A DNA stretch of 32,000 nucleotides from Planctopirus limnophila DSM 3776 (GCF_000092105.1 NC_014148.1:3960001-3992000), one strand, 5' to 3'. Counted from the first letter of the stretch, positions 8,901 to 16,219 are shown. A program made the numbers and translations. Notes: a model not told the origin generated them from the letters alone.

Positions 8901-11900
8901 CCGCACCTGGTACGACGCCTCCGGCCAGGTCGTCAAATCCCTCCCCTCCGGCTCGAAACTCTTCACCAAGAGCCAGTTCGATGGCCTGGGCCGCACTGTC
9001 GCCACCTTCGCTGCCTACGATCTCGATGAATCGGCCTATGCCGACGCCTTCGACCTCTCCGACGACATCGTCATCGAATCCTCCCACACCACCTTCGACC
9101 TGGCGGGCCACGCCCTCTCCAGCACCTCGAAGCAGCGTTACCACACCGCCGACGACACCGAACCCGGCGAACTCGGCCACCCCACCAGCACCACCCAGCC
9201 CCAGGCACGCGTCACCCATCAAGCCCTCTGGCACGATGGCATCGGCCGCACTCTCGCCACCGCCAACTACGGCACCAACGGCGGCTCAGCATTTACTCGG
9301 CCTGCACTCATTCCTGCTCGTTCTGATACTATCCTTGTCAGTAGCCAAACTTACGACGAAGCGGGCAACCTGTTCGAAACCACCGATCCCGCTGATATGA
9401 CCACACGCTTCATCTACGATGATGCCGGTCGCCGCACGCAGGCCATCGAAAACTATGTCGCTTCACCTGTGGGGAGTGATGAAAACCGCACCACGAATAT
9501 GACTTACAGTGCCGATGGTCAACTCGCCACACTGGTTGCGGTGAATGCTTCCACAGGGAATCAAACCACCACCTACACCTACGGCACTACGCTGGCAGAT
9601 TCCGAAATCGCCGCCAGCAGCCTGCTGCGCTCGGTCGCTTATCCCGATTCCACCGGCAGCAGCGATGAGGTCTTTCTGACATATAACCGTCAGGGCCAGC
9701 GGCTGTCACTCACCGATCAGATCGGCACTGTCCACCACTACGAATACGATGGACTGGGACGTTTGACGGAAGATCAAGTCGCCACCCTGGGCACAGGTGT
9801 CGATGGTGCGATACGTCGTCTGGCGACGACCTATGACGAACGCGGGCTGGTGCATCAATTGACCAGTTTCGATGCCGCCACCTCAGGAAATGCTGTTAAT
9901 CAGGTGCAGTTCAAGTACAATGACTTCGGGCAGTCGATCCAGACGTTCCAGGAGCATGGCGGCACCGTGAATACCGGCACTTCACCCAGCGTGCAGCGAG
10001 GTTACGCCAACGGCAGCACAAATACAGTGCGCCCACTGAGCCTCACCTACCCCAACGGCCGGGAACTCACCTACGACTACGGCACCACCCACGAAATCAA
10101 CGATGCCCTCAGCCGCATTGGCTCGATTGTGGATGATGACACGACCCACCTGGCCGATTACGAGTTCCTCGGCCTGGCAGGCGTCATCCAGCAGACCAGC
10201 CCCCAACCCAATCTACGGTACACGCTGGCGGGAGGTTCCAACGATCCTGACACTGGAGACATCTACACCGGCCTGGATCGTTTGGGCCGGGTGAAGGACT
10301 CCCGCTGGTACAGCACCTCCACCAACGACGACCTCTCCCGCATCCAGTACGGCTACGACAGAGCCTCGAACCGCATCTGGCGGAAGAACCCCATCGCCAC
10401 GGCCAACAGTGCCGAATACGACTGGCTCTACACCTACGACGGCCTCCAACGCCTGAAAACCGCCAACCGCGGCACACTCAACGGCACCCAAACCGCCCTC
10501 ACCTCCACCGCGTTCAAGCAGGACTGGAATCTCGACCCCACCGGCAACTGGGAAGGATTCAAGCAGAGTGACAACGGTTCCACCTGGAGCATGGAACAGG
10601 AACGCACCGCCAACCCGGTCAATGAAATCACCGACATCACCAACACGGTGGGAAGTGCCTGGGCCGACCCGGCCTACAACGCTGTCGGCAACATGACCAC
10701 CATCCCCAAACCCAAGCAGATGGACGAAGCCTACACGGCCACCTACGACGCCTGGAACCGGCTCGTCAAACTGGAAGAAGAAGTCTCCAGCACTTTGGAA
10801 ACCGTCGCCGAGTACCATTACGACGCGCGGAACTTCCGAGTGGCTGTCAAAACCTACAACTCCGGAGTGCTGGACGAAACCACCCACGCCTACTTCACAG
10901 ATGGTTGGCGAAACATCGAGGAACGGATCGACTCCAATTCGACACCCTCCCAACACCACATCTGGGGCCTGAGATACATCGACGACCTCATCCTCCGCGA
11001 CCGCACCACCGCTTCCACATTGGACGAACGCCTCTACGCCCTCCAAGACGCCAACTGGAACGTGACGGCGGTCGCAGGCGAAGGCGGCGACCCTCAGGAA
11101 CGCATTGAGTATGACGCTTATGGAGTGGCAACCGTTAATTCACCATATTTCGACAGCCTTTCAGCCAGCGACTTCAATTGGGAAACAACGTGCTGCGGAT
11201 ATTGGCACGATCTACGCACTGGACTGAGTGCCATACGACACCGATTTTACTTTCACGGACTCGGGCAATGGACTTCTCGTGATCCACTGGGTAGCCTTGC
11301 GGGTTCGCATTTGTACCAGTACGCATTATCAATGCCGACTAGTTTTTCCGACCCTTTTGGACTTCAAGAGGAAAGTTCACATGAGGATTGGATGGCCGAG
11401 TGGGTGCTACGCAATCCCAAATGGGATAAAGGCCTAAGCCCTCGCAAGAAAGAATTAGTTAACCAATACTTGACTTCCACCGTAAGGCGAGGCTGTGTCG
11501 GACTTACTTGTGTAGAACTTGGAATTAAAGAAGGCAAAGGGGACAAAACATGGCCAGATATGAGAAATTGCTACGCCACTCTATCCGAAGCGAAGGATAG
11601 AAAGAACGTAATGGAGGAACAAAATATCTGCAAAGGAAAAAACTGCAATCACGAGAAAGCAAGGCCTAGAATTTACTCGATCCATTTCTGGAACAATCGG
11701 GGAAAGAACAGAACGAAGCCTGACGCCAGTAAGAACTCTTCGACTGGTAAGATTGATCTTTCTAACTGGGATCGAGTGAGAAGGCCTCAACTACCTGGAG
11801 ATTCTAACTGGGTCAATTTTGACTATGGATATCTTAACGATGACGGCATGATGGTACACGCTGATCACGAACACCGACCTGATCTCCCAGGGGTCGGGCC

Positions 11901-12006
11901 GATGACAGTGCTAACGAGCTCCGTCGAAGACTGGATGGTAAATAATACGGACTTTAATTACGAGGTGTGGTGTGTCGCATGTGAAACTAACGAGGCAATA
12001 AAATGA
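5995..12006 (+). CDS. Rhs/YD-repeat family polymorphic toxin (~2003 aa from ATG 5995)
   Basis: There are many YD repeats ('YDALGRPYQSRRY', 'YDDAGRRTQAIENY', 'YEYDGLGRLTED', 'YDERGLVHQLTSFD', 'YTYDGLQRL'). The Rhs-associated core reads 'HHIWGLRYIDDLILRD...YALQDANWNVTAV...RIEYDAYGV...RHRFYFHGLGQWTSRDPLG' and ends in the cleavage-type motif 'DPFGL' (11350-11364). The track ORF starts at 5848, which would overlap the upstream gene; the in-frame ATG at 5995 (MSTEPFVSD...) is preferred. Confidence 0.93.
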   Translation: MSTEPFVSDVSITTGNSEHCSAPDTAQAPGCSCECPPTCPAKTEPKSTTDQSIRYSTGEISYRVNDLPSLTAGGIPWGHSRSFTPQLEFDQNVGQGWNWHVAHVPYLILRDTEVIVMGRGLAELWFDRDENTFAPRFGIKQQLTYNATTQNYTLRSVDGDLQIFDNEGLFLRQVDPAGNQLVVEALLTGTQLPASIKRVTGDVTEQYAYSYTSGGPAGSLLTEVVLRRKVGSGSWQNVASAIYTYYASGNPFGDTDDLQTVTTRSWQNNAWQDTGTTLYRYYLPQAASSGSSGAIPAQRGHLLRYVVKPSSFDRLAADPAVSDPLTAANSLVALYADYYFEFDEARRATREVRSSGSQIFDYEYTTSSFSAAHNHWHTKTVETRPDGSRHVVFTNADGRVLLKSLETGVSPALEEWIDYYRYNSNGYVEFHAHPDAVIGYDEELPDLVEYSPSTNTATYLYNNTGLIERYTYHAPTAWLTSESVQEGLAGTPRVVREMEYIPCCHGSTSSSSSSGSSSSGGGSSSSSEPCRYFLSQETLYRDENATTAAITTYDYTFYEGTCAIHERVTTLPLVSLVEHGSGVNNTRREVYDLYGRLTWSRDERGVITHFVYDELTGSLIQRIADADTALLTGVPTALSSLWETLPQFGLHAITDFTVDPQGRTIQSLGPVHNIDLAGTATAVRTASWMLYDDANHTSYSAQGYIKTSDSSATLVNPISITIADSAGKTLVSAHATLSSTAGDLATCLSTHGAVTQADYTRLSTFQYTECCLAASQRAYHTIPTTGEGSPGTHYDQTSFGYDALKRRVRTVSPGGTISAVVLDPRGLTLSTYIGTNDTGATEQDPTGATAPGGSHPSNNMVLVSAAEYDIAGRPILSTQHVDSSTTRETSYSYDYRGRRLVTHGEENFCQKETYDFRGQLIRSERYDGSPTGTLLSRSETDYDALGRPYQSRRYAVNPSTGSVGNALIDRTWYDASGQVVKSLPSGSKLFTKSQFDGLGRTVATFAAYDLDESAYADAFDLSDDIVIESSHTTFDLAGHALSSTSKQRYHTADDTEPGELGHPTSTTQPQARVTHQALWHDGIGRTLATANYGTNGGSAFTRPALIPARSDTILVSSQTYDEAGNLFETTDPADMTTRFIYDDAGRRTQAIENYVASPVGSDENRTTNMTYSADGQLATLVAVNASTGNQTTTYTYGTTLADSEIAASSLLRSVAYPDSTGSSDEVFLTYNRQGQRLSLTDQIGTVHHYEYDGLGRLTEDQVATLGTGVDGAIRRLATTYDERGLVHQLTSFDAATSGNAVNQVQFKYNDFGQSIQTFQEHGGTVNTGTSPSVQRGYANGSTNTVRPLSLTYPNGRELTYDYGTTHEINDALSRIGSIVDDDTTHLADYEFLGLAGVIQQTSPQPNLRYTLAGGSNDPDTGDIYTGLDRLGRVKDSRWYSTSTNDDLSRIQYGYDRASNRIWRKNPIATANSAEYDWLYTYDGLQRLKTANRGTLNGTQTALTSTAFKQDWNLDPTGNWEGFKQSDNGSTWSMEQERTANPVNEITDITNTVGSAWADPAYNAVGNMTTIPKPKQMDEAYTATYDAWNRLVKLEEEVSSTLETVAEYHYDARNFRVAVKTYNSGVLDETTHAYFTDGWRNIEERIDSNSTPSQHHIWGLRYIDDLILRDRTTASTLDERLYALQDANWNVTAVAGEGGDPQERIEYDAYGVATVNSPYFDSLSASDFNWETTCCGYWHDLRTGLSAIRHRFYFHGLGQWTSRDPLGSLAGSHLYQYALSMPTSFSDPFGLQEESSHEDWMAEWVLRNPKWDKGLSPRKKELVNQYLTSTVRRGCVGLTCVELGIKEGKGDKTWPDMRNCYATLSEAKDRKNVMEEQNICKGKNCNHEKARPRIYSIHFWNNRGKNRTKPDASKNSSTGKIDLSNWDRVRRPQLPGDSNWVNFDYGYLNDDGMMVHADHEHRPDLPGVGPMTVLTSSVEDWMVNNTDFNYEVWCVACETNEAIK
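11365..12003 (+). other. Rhs C-terminal variable toxin domain (~213 aa) of unassigned family; possible Cys/His (papain/NlpC-P60-like) hydrolase
   Basis: It lies directly after DPFGL. It contains 'RRGCVGLTC' and later 'FDYGYLNDDGMMVHADHEH', loosely like the NlpC/P60 'DCSGL' and 'YLGNGxxIHA' motifs. The DNA from ~11100 to ~12520 is visibly AT-richer than the Rhs body. Confidence 0.45.
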
Positions 12007-12518
12007 GAAGTCAGTTTGTAATGCACCTCTCCCTTGCAGCATGCATCTTTGGATGTGGCATCGACGAATCTAAGGCGGTGAAAACCACGGCCTCGCAGCC
12101 ACCCTATTACAATCCCAAGGCAGTTGAATCGAATCCAGATGGGGCCACACTGGAAGAGCATGATACGAAGAATAAGAGCGATTTCCGTTCAGCAATCCCT
12201 TCTCTTAGCCTTTATGAGCCAAAGATCACGAGACTACGCGGAAAAATCGTAGAAAGGCATGATCTTGCCAAGATGCATAAGTATTATTTAGTTAGCGACA
12301 CCGGTGAGTTTTATGCACTTGACAAATGGGTTCCTGCCAATCAGGTGCTCAACACAGAATGCGATGTGATTGGAGTGAGCATGGTTCCCACGCCTAGACA
12401 TGCAGAGCAACTCGTTTTAGAGGCCAATTCGCAAATGCTTCCAGGTCAGTCGATCCCAAAATCTCCCATTAAAGGGGTGTTGCATGATGTTTCTGTTACA
12501 GCTGTAGGCGATGAATGA
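12003..12518 (+). CDS. Putative cognate immunity protein; predicted lipoprotein
   Basis: Its ATG overlaps the Rhs stop (ATGA at 12003-12006). The N-terminus 'MRSQFVMHLSLAACIFGCG' has a lipobox-like L-A-A-C. It shares the low-GC character of the toxin tip. Confidence 0.65.
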   Translation: MRSQFVMHLSLAACIFGCGIDESKAVKTTASQPPYYNPKAVESNPDGATLEEHDTKNKSDFRSAIPSLSLYEPKITRLRGKIVERHDLAKMHKYYLVSDTGEFYALDKWVPANQVLNTECDVIGVSMVPTPRHAEQLVLEANSQMLPGQSIPKSPIKGVLHDVSVTAVGDE

Positions 12519-12580
12519 TGCGAGCACAAGCAAGGTACGGCAGTCCCGCCGGGTGACATAGGTTGCTCGTCTTCGAGCTA

Positions 12581-12608
12581 CCTGTGTGCCAGCGGCACAG
12601 GCGGTTTT
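12581..12608 (+). terminator. Weak terminator-like hairpin after the Rhs-immunity pair
   Basis: CCTGTG(T)-loop-CACAGG forms a 6-7 bp stem at 12581-12601, with TTTT at 12605-12608. It lies 63 nt after the stop at 12518. Confidence 0.3.
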
Positions 12609-12643
12609 GGCTCGCCTGCGATCGTTTCGCTTGTGCCCGGCCG

Positions 12644-12758
12644 AAACCCATTGATTCCACCCGAACCCAGTTCAAACCAACCCCAAACTTTCTCCTGACC
12701 CATTTCCGCCCCCATCCCTTCAACCCCGGCCGTCATCCCTGGCGGCCGGTTTCTTTTC
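12644..12758 (+). repeat. Copy A of a 115-nt C-rich conserved element ending in a GC hairpin plus T-tract
   Basis: It aligns without indels to 13658-13772, with ~20 mismatches in 114 nt by hand count. The hairpin is CCGGCCG (12726-12732) / CGGCCGG (12743-12749), followed by TTTCTTTTCC. Confidence 0.75.
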
Positions 12759-12874
12759 CTCTCCCATTTCCCTTCCTCTCTTCACAATTCCCTCCCCATC
12801 CACCTCGAACCAAACCCATCCCCAACCCCTTCTCTCCCAATCCATCCCCCACCCCATTCCCGAAAGCCTCTCCC

Positions 12875-13546
12875 ATGACCACACGAACTGTCGAAACCCC
12901 CAACCCCGCCACACCCTCCGCCAGTTTCCCCCTGGTCCCCCTCCTGAAACCCGCCTCCGGCAACCTCACCCTCACCGCCACCGTTTACCGTGATTCCGGC
13001 GACGACACCCCCACTCTCGTCACGGTGAAAAATCAAACCGGCGCTACGCTGGGATCAACAACCCTGACCACACCGCCAGGAAACCTGACCGCGAACATCA
13101 GCATCCCCGCAACAGCAATACAAACCTGCCAAGTCAAACCCACGATCGAATGCACGCCAGAGCCGCCAGTCTTAACCTCGTGTTGTGAACAACCAATTCC
13201 GAGAACGTTGACGGTGACGACTGAAATCACTGGTGACACTAGCAACGTCGGAGGTACTTATAAGATTAAGTATAGGCCAGAAAGTACCTTTTACGCACCG
13301 GCTGAATGGTGGTCTGAACCCTCCGCGGGAGGAGATTGCCAAGATGTTGTACTGCTATGTAGTCCTTCCTGGGCTTCCGATGAACTACGGCTCGTTGTTC
13401 AGGGAACATGCGACAGGGGCACTTATTTTGACAATGAGGTAACAGTTGTCTCGTGCTCTCCGCTATTGATCGAGTTTACATTCACCGCGACAGGCATCTA
13501 TAGCCCAGAGGAAAACATGGTAGTGACCGGAACTATCACGGAGTAA
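12875..13546 (+). CDS. Uncharacterised Cys-rich protein, paralog 1 (223 aa)
   Basis: The ATG at 12875 (MTTRTVETPNPATPSASFPLVPLLKP...) aligns with the start of paralog 2. Shared motifs are 'TPNPAT', 'PLLKP', 'CCEQPIP/CCTEQIP' and 'SCSPLLIEF/GCSPISLEF'. The track ORF 12563..13546 adds a Pro-rich extension translated from the C-rich leader. Confidence 0.7.
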   Translation: MTTRTVETPNPATPSASFPLVPLLKPASGNLTLTATVYRDSGDDTPTLVTVKNQTGATLGSTTLTTPPGNLTANISIPATAIQTCQVKPTIECTPEPPVLTSCCEQPIPRTLTVTTEITGDTSNVGGTYKIKYRPESTFYAPAEWWSEPSAGGDCQDVVLLCSPSWASDELRLVVQGTCDRGTYFDNEVTVVSCSPLLIEFTFTATGIYSPEENMVVTGTITE

Positions 13547-13657
13547 CGAAGCTTATTCTCGAAGGAGGTCACAGCGTACATTGAATCGAGGTATTCATGG
13601 TTCAAGGGCATGGATATAAGTCTACTTCCCACTGTTTGTTCATCTTTTGAACTGCTC

Positions 13658-13772
13658 CAACCCATAGACACCACCAGAACCCAGTTCAAAACACCCCTAA
13701 ACGTCCTGCTGCCCCATTTCCATCCCCACACCCTCAACCCCGGCCTTCATCCTTGGCGGCCGGTTTCTTTCT
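13658..13772 (+). repeat. Copy B of the 115-nt C-rich conserved element
   Basis: It sits exactly 1014 bp from copy A. The hairpin is CCGGCC (13740-13745) / GGCCGG (13758-13763), followed by TTTCTTTCTC. Confidence 0.75.
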
Positions 13773-13858
13773 CGTCGGGCCTTTTTTGACCTTTCCCACC
13801 ACACCACTGACCCATTCTCTCTTTTCCCTTTCAAATCTCCTCTTCGAGGCACACCGCC

Positions 13859-14533
13859 ATGTCCAATGAACGCCATGTTCTCACACCCAATCCCGCTACC
13901 AATGTTTCCTGTCTTCCAATGACGCCGCTCCTCAAGCCCTTCGCAGGCGATGCAACGGTCGAAGTTACCGTCGATCGTGACACCTCCTACACCGGCCCCT
14001 ATACCGTTCAGATCCGTCGTCAAGGCGCCACCATCGCCTCGACCACTGTCGCCGCACCCGACGTTCAAGAAACGATCTCACTCAACGTCCCAGCCACGCA
14101 ACTCACAGGCTGTGAACTTAAACTCGAAGCCTGCGTACAAACCTTTGTCTCTGTCCCCTGTTGTACGGAACAAATCCCTGCATCTCTAAACGCTCGGTTG
14201 GATTTTGATTCTCTGTGTCCATGCGACGAACCAATCTCTGTAGCGCTGGACTACAATCCAGCGTCCCAGAAATGGGAAGGAACTGCGGACGTCTACCCCT
14301 GCCCGGAAGTATTGGAGGAGAGCAACTCAAAAACATGGTACATTTCCCTCGCTTGTAGCGAAGAATGCAGTAGTGGATGGGAATTGCAGATGAGTCCCTG
14401 TGAGGGAGAACTTGAGTGTTCAACATCCGGAGGTTGCTCCCCAATATCACTTGAATTCAGCGCTGCCGCACTGTTTGACTGCTGCGGAAACTCGTCTATC
14501 TATGGCAATGTCCATGTCACTATTTCAGGGTAA
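13859..14533 (+). CDS. Uncharacterised Cys-rich protein, paralog 2 (224 aa)
   Basis: MSNERHVLTPNPATNVSCLPMTPLLKPFAGDATVEVTV... The N-terminal ~115 aa are colinear with paralog 1. The C-terminal half is divergent and much richer in Cys (15 versus 8). Confidence 0.75.
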   Translation: MSNERHVLTPNPATNVSCLPMTPLLKPFAGDATVEVTVDRDTSYTGPYTVQIRRQGATIASTTVAAPDVQETISLNVPATQLTGCELKLEACVQTFVSVPCCTEQIPASLNARLDFDSLCPCDEPISVALDYNPASQKWEGTADVYPCPEVLEESNSKTWYISLACSEECSSGWELQMSPCEGELECSTSGGCSPISLEFSAAALFDCCGNSSIYGNVHVTISG

Positions 14534-14617
14534 CCGCAAAGTACAACAAGATTTTGTTGCCTCCCTCGACCATGACCTCTCTGCTCATTGACAACTCTGC
14601 AAAGCGTTTCTCCCACA

Positions 14618-14647
14618 CCCCTGCCCGGGATCACTCTCCGGCAGGGG
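14618..14647. terminator. GC-rich hairpin between convergent genes
   Basis: CCCCTGCC(C)GG-gatcactct-CCGGCAGGGG forms a 10-bp stem with one bulge. Only a short CTTT follows. It lies between the paralog 2 stop (14533) and the stop of the IS fragment ORF (14651). Confidence 0.3.
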
Positions 14648-14650
14648 CTT

Positions 14651-15043
14651 TCATCCTGCCCGCTCTGCCGCCGCTCTCAGAGGCGGATGTAACGTCCGTC
14701 CATCCAGAATGACGGCTGTGGGCTCAGTCCCGCGATCGGCGACCAGTCGAAAAATGGCCCTTAAATCGGCCTCGAAGACTCCCGCATCCAGCCAACGCCG
14801 GGCCTGCTGATCGACCGCATCCCATGGAGGAAAGTCATGAGGCAGAAAACGCCACCGGACACCCGTGCGAACGAGATAACTTATCGCATTGAACACCTCT
14901 CGCAAAGAATGCTTGCTTTGCGGAGCATCCTCGCACACGAGAGCCAGATAACCCACCAACAATTCCCATTCGTCATCCATGACTTCTGTGGATAAGCCTT
15001 CCGGGATGTGTCCATGGTCGCTAAAGAAAAATGCAGCTCTCAC
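14651..15043 (-). pseudogene. IS5-family transposase N-terminal fragment (DUF4096-type HTH region only); truncated
   Basis: 'MDDEWELLVGYL...KHSLREVFNAISYLVRTGVRWRFLPHDFPPWDAVDQQARRWLDAGVFE...GTEPTAVILDGRT' matches the conserved IS5-family pattern 'LREVLNAI.YVLRTGCQWR.LP.DFPPW.TVY.YFRRW...G.W...GREP.PSA.IIDSQSVK'. The DDE catalytic part is absent. Confidence 0.7.
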
Positions 15044-15070
15044 GTAAGCCCATAACAGCCTATAGGCATT

Positions 15071-15259
15071 CTACTTTTGCTCTTCATCGGCTTCTGTCTC
15101 TTTTTCGCTGGATTGTCTGGAGAAGAAAATGGCTGATATCACCATGCCTGAAATCGCAATTAGAATGAGCCATTCAGTTACCTCGGGACTAAAAAGTTTC
15201 TTCTGTTTCCATTCTATCAGGAGAGACCGTAACCAAAACCAAATTCCCCATTTATTCAT
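15071..15259 (-). CDS. Possible small single-pass membrane protein (62 aa)
   Basis: The ORF has one hydrophobic span, 'WLILIAISGMVISAIFF', and an acidic tail. AAGGG lies ~9 nt upstream of the ATG. There is no homology evidence. Confidence 0.3.
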   Translation of the reverse strand: MNKWGIWFWLRSLLIEWKQKKLFSPEVTEWLILIAISGMVISAIFFSRQSSEKETEADEEQK

Positions 15260-15328
15260 CTGAATACCCTTTCACAACTTCAGAATCCGACCTCGCAGTA
15301 TCATCCGGTCCGCGTCACAAAATCACAT

Positions 15329-15354
15329 GGCGTCATTCTCCAGGGAATGATGCC
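15329..15354 (-). terminator. Candidate terminator of the GYF_2 gene triplet
   Basis: A 10-bp stem (GGCATCATTC/GAATGACGCC on the minus strand, one G-U pair) with a 6-nt loop lies ~50 nt downstream of the stop at 15404. The T-run (TTTT) is offset by ~6 nt, so the signal is weak. Confidence 0.3.
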
Positions 15355-15403
15355 GTGTTCATCAACCCACTTCGTGGAGTTAGACCAGTTCTCTAAGGGA
15401 CAT

Positions 15404-16219
15404 CTACCCGGGAAAGTCTTTCATTTGAGAGAGTGAGACACCCAGAAATCCACTTCGCAGTCCACTGTTACGTAGCACACGGTTCGCCTGCATATTGAGC
15501 CAAAAGAACGAGAAGACGCTCAAAAGCGGAACCAACGCCAGAAATGGAGCAAGTGCGGCAACTAGTGAAGCGATGGTCTTCCACGCCGGAAGCCTGATTA
15601 CCAGGCACAGTCGGATGATGGCGGCCATCTGTAATAGCAAGACCAAGATTCGAAGTGGCCAGAGAATGAGTAATTGTGGCCAAAAAAACATCGCAATCGG
15701 GAGGGGCAGCAGAGAGAGAATCAATAGCTTCTGAGCGATGACAACGTCTCTTAAATTGATCGATTGTTTCTGTGCTGACGCCATTTGGCGCGTCACCTCA
15801 ACGGGACGTGTTGTTGAATTGAACTGTTGTCGAGACTTTTCTGGCAACTCGAGCTGACGTCCACTCGCCCGAATAGTTCCTGAAATCATCAGTTTCAACC
15901 CACATTGAGGACATTCGGGCGGCAATCCAGTTCGAATATCGTTTGAAGAGATTGCATGCGAACATTGAGGACAGTTCATGCTTTGAATTGGCGATTTCTG
16001 AGAACGCGGACGGGCCGTGGCACTTCCCTTAGCGACGGAGTTATCTGCACAAAAATCTGGCCAATCGGATACCGGTTTCCAATCATCGCCGTTCTTTGGA
16101 CAAATCAGATCCGTCGATTTGATTTTCCCTGCACGAATCAACGCATGAAGCTGTTCTGTTTCGAAAGGTCCCGCCCGTTTTTGCCCCCGACTGCAATACC
16201 ATGGTCCAATTGTTGACAT
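15404..16219 (-). CDS. GYF_2 (DUF4339) domain + zinc ribbon + multi-pass membrane protein
   Basis: The N-terminus reads 'GPWYCSRGQKRAGPFETEQLHALIRAGKIKSTDLICPKNGDDWKPVSDWPDF'. A zinc ribbon 'CPQCSHAISSNDIRTGLPPECPQC' follows. The C-terminus is hydrophobic ('LLILSLLPLPIAMFFWPQLLILWPLRILVLLL...'). Confidence 0.8.
   Translation of the reverse strand: MSTIGPWYCSRGQKRAGPFETEQLHALIRAGKIKSTDLICPKNGDDWKPVSDWPDFCADNSVAKGSATARPRSQKSPIQSMNCPQCSHAISSNDIRTGLPPECPQCGLKLMISGTIRASGRQLELPEKSRQQFNSTTRPVEVTRQMASAQKQSINLRDVVIAQKLLILSLLPLPIAMFFWPQLLILWPLRILVLLLQMAAIIRLCLVIRLPAWKTIASLVAALAPFLALVPLLSVFSFFWLNMQANRVLRNSGLRSGFLGVSLSQMKDFPG

Noticed and set aside
5758-11046. Long ORFs inside the Rhs gene on the opposite strand or in other frames, e.g. 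5758..6612 (-) 284 aa, 6380..7201 (+) 273 aa, 7217..8239 (+) 340 aa and 10213..11046 (-) 277 aa.
   Set aside because: They are fully embedded in a gene with unmistakable YD-repeat and Rhs-core signatures. Their translations are low-complexity (G/V/A/R- or P/S/T-rich), as expected for off-frame reading of GC-rich repeats.
12496-13737. Minus-strand ORFs 12496..12723 (75 aa) and 13498..13737 (79 aa), with similar W/G/R-rich N-termini.
   Set aside because: The similarity is confined to the antisense translation of the 115-nt repeat. Both have TTG starts and low-complexity W/G/R composition, and both overlap the ends of better-supported plus-strand genes.
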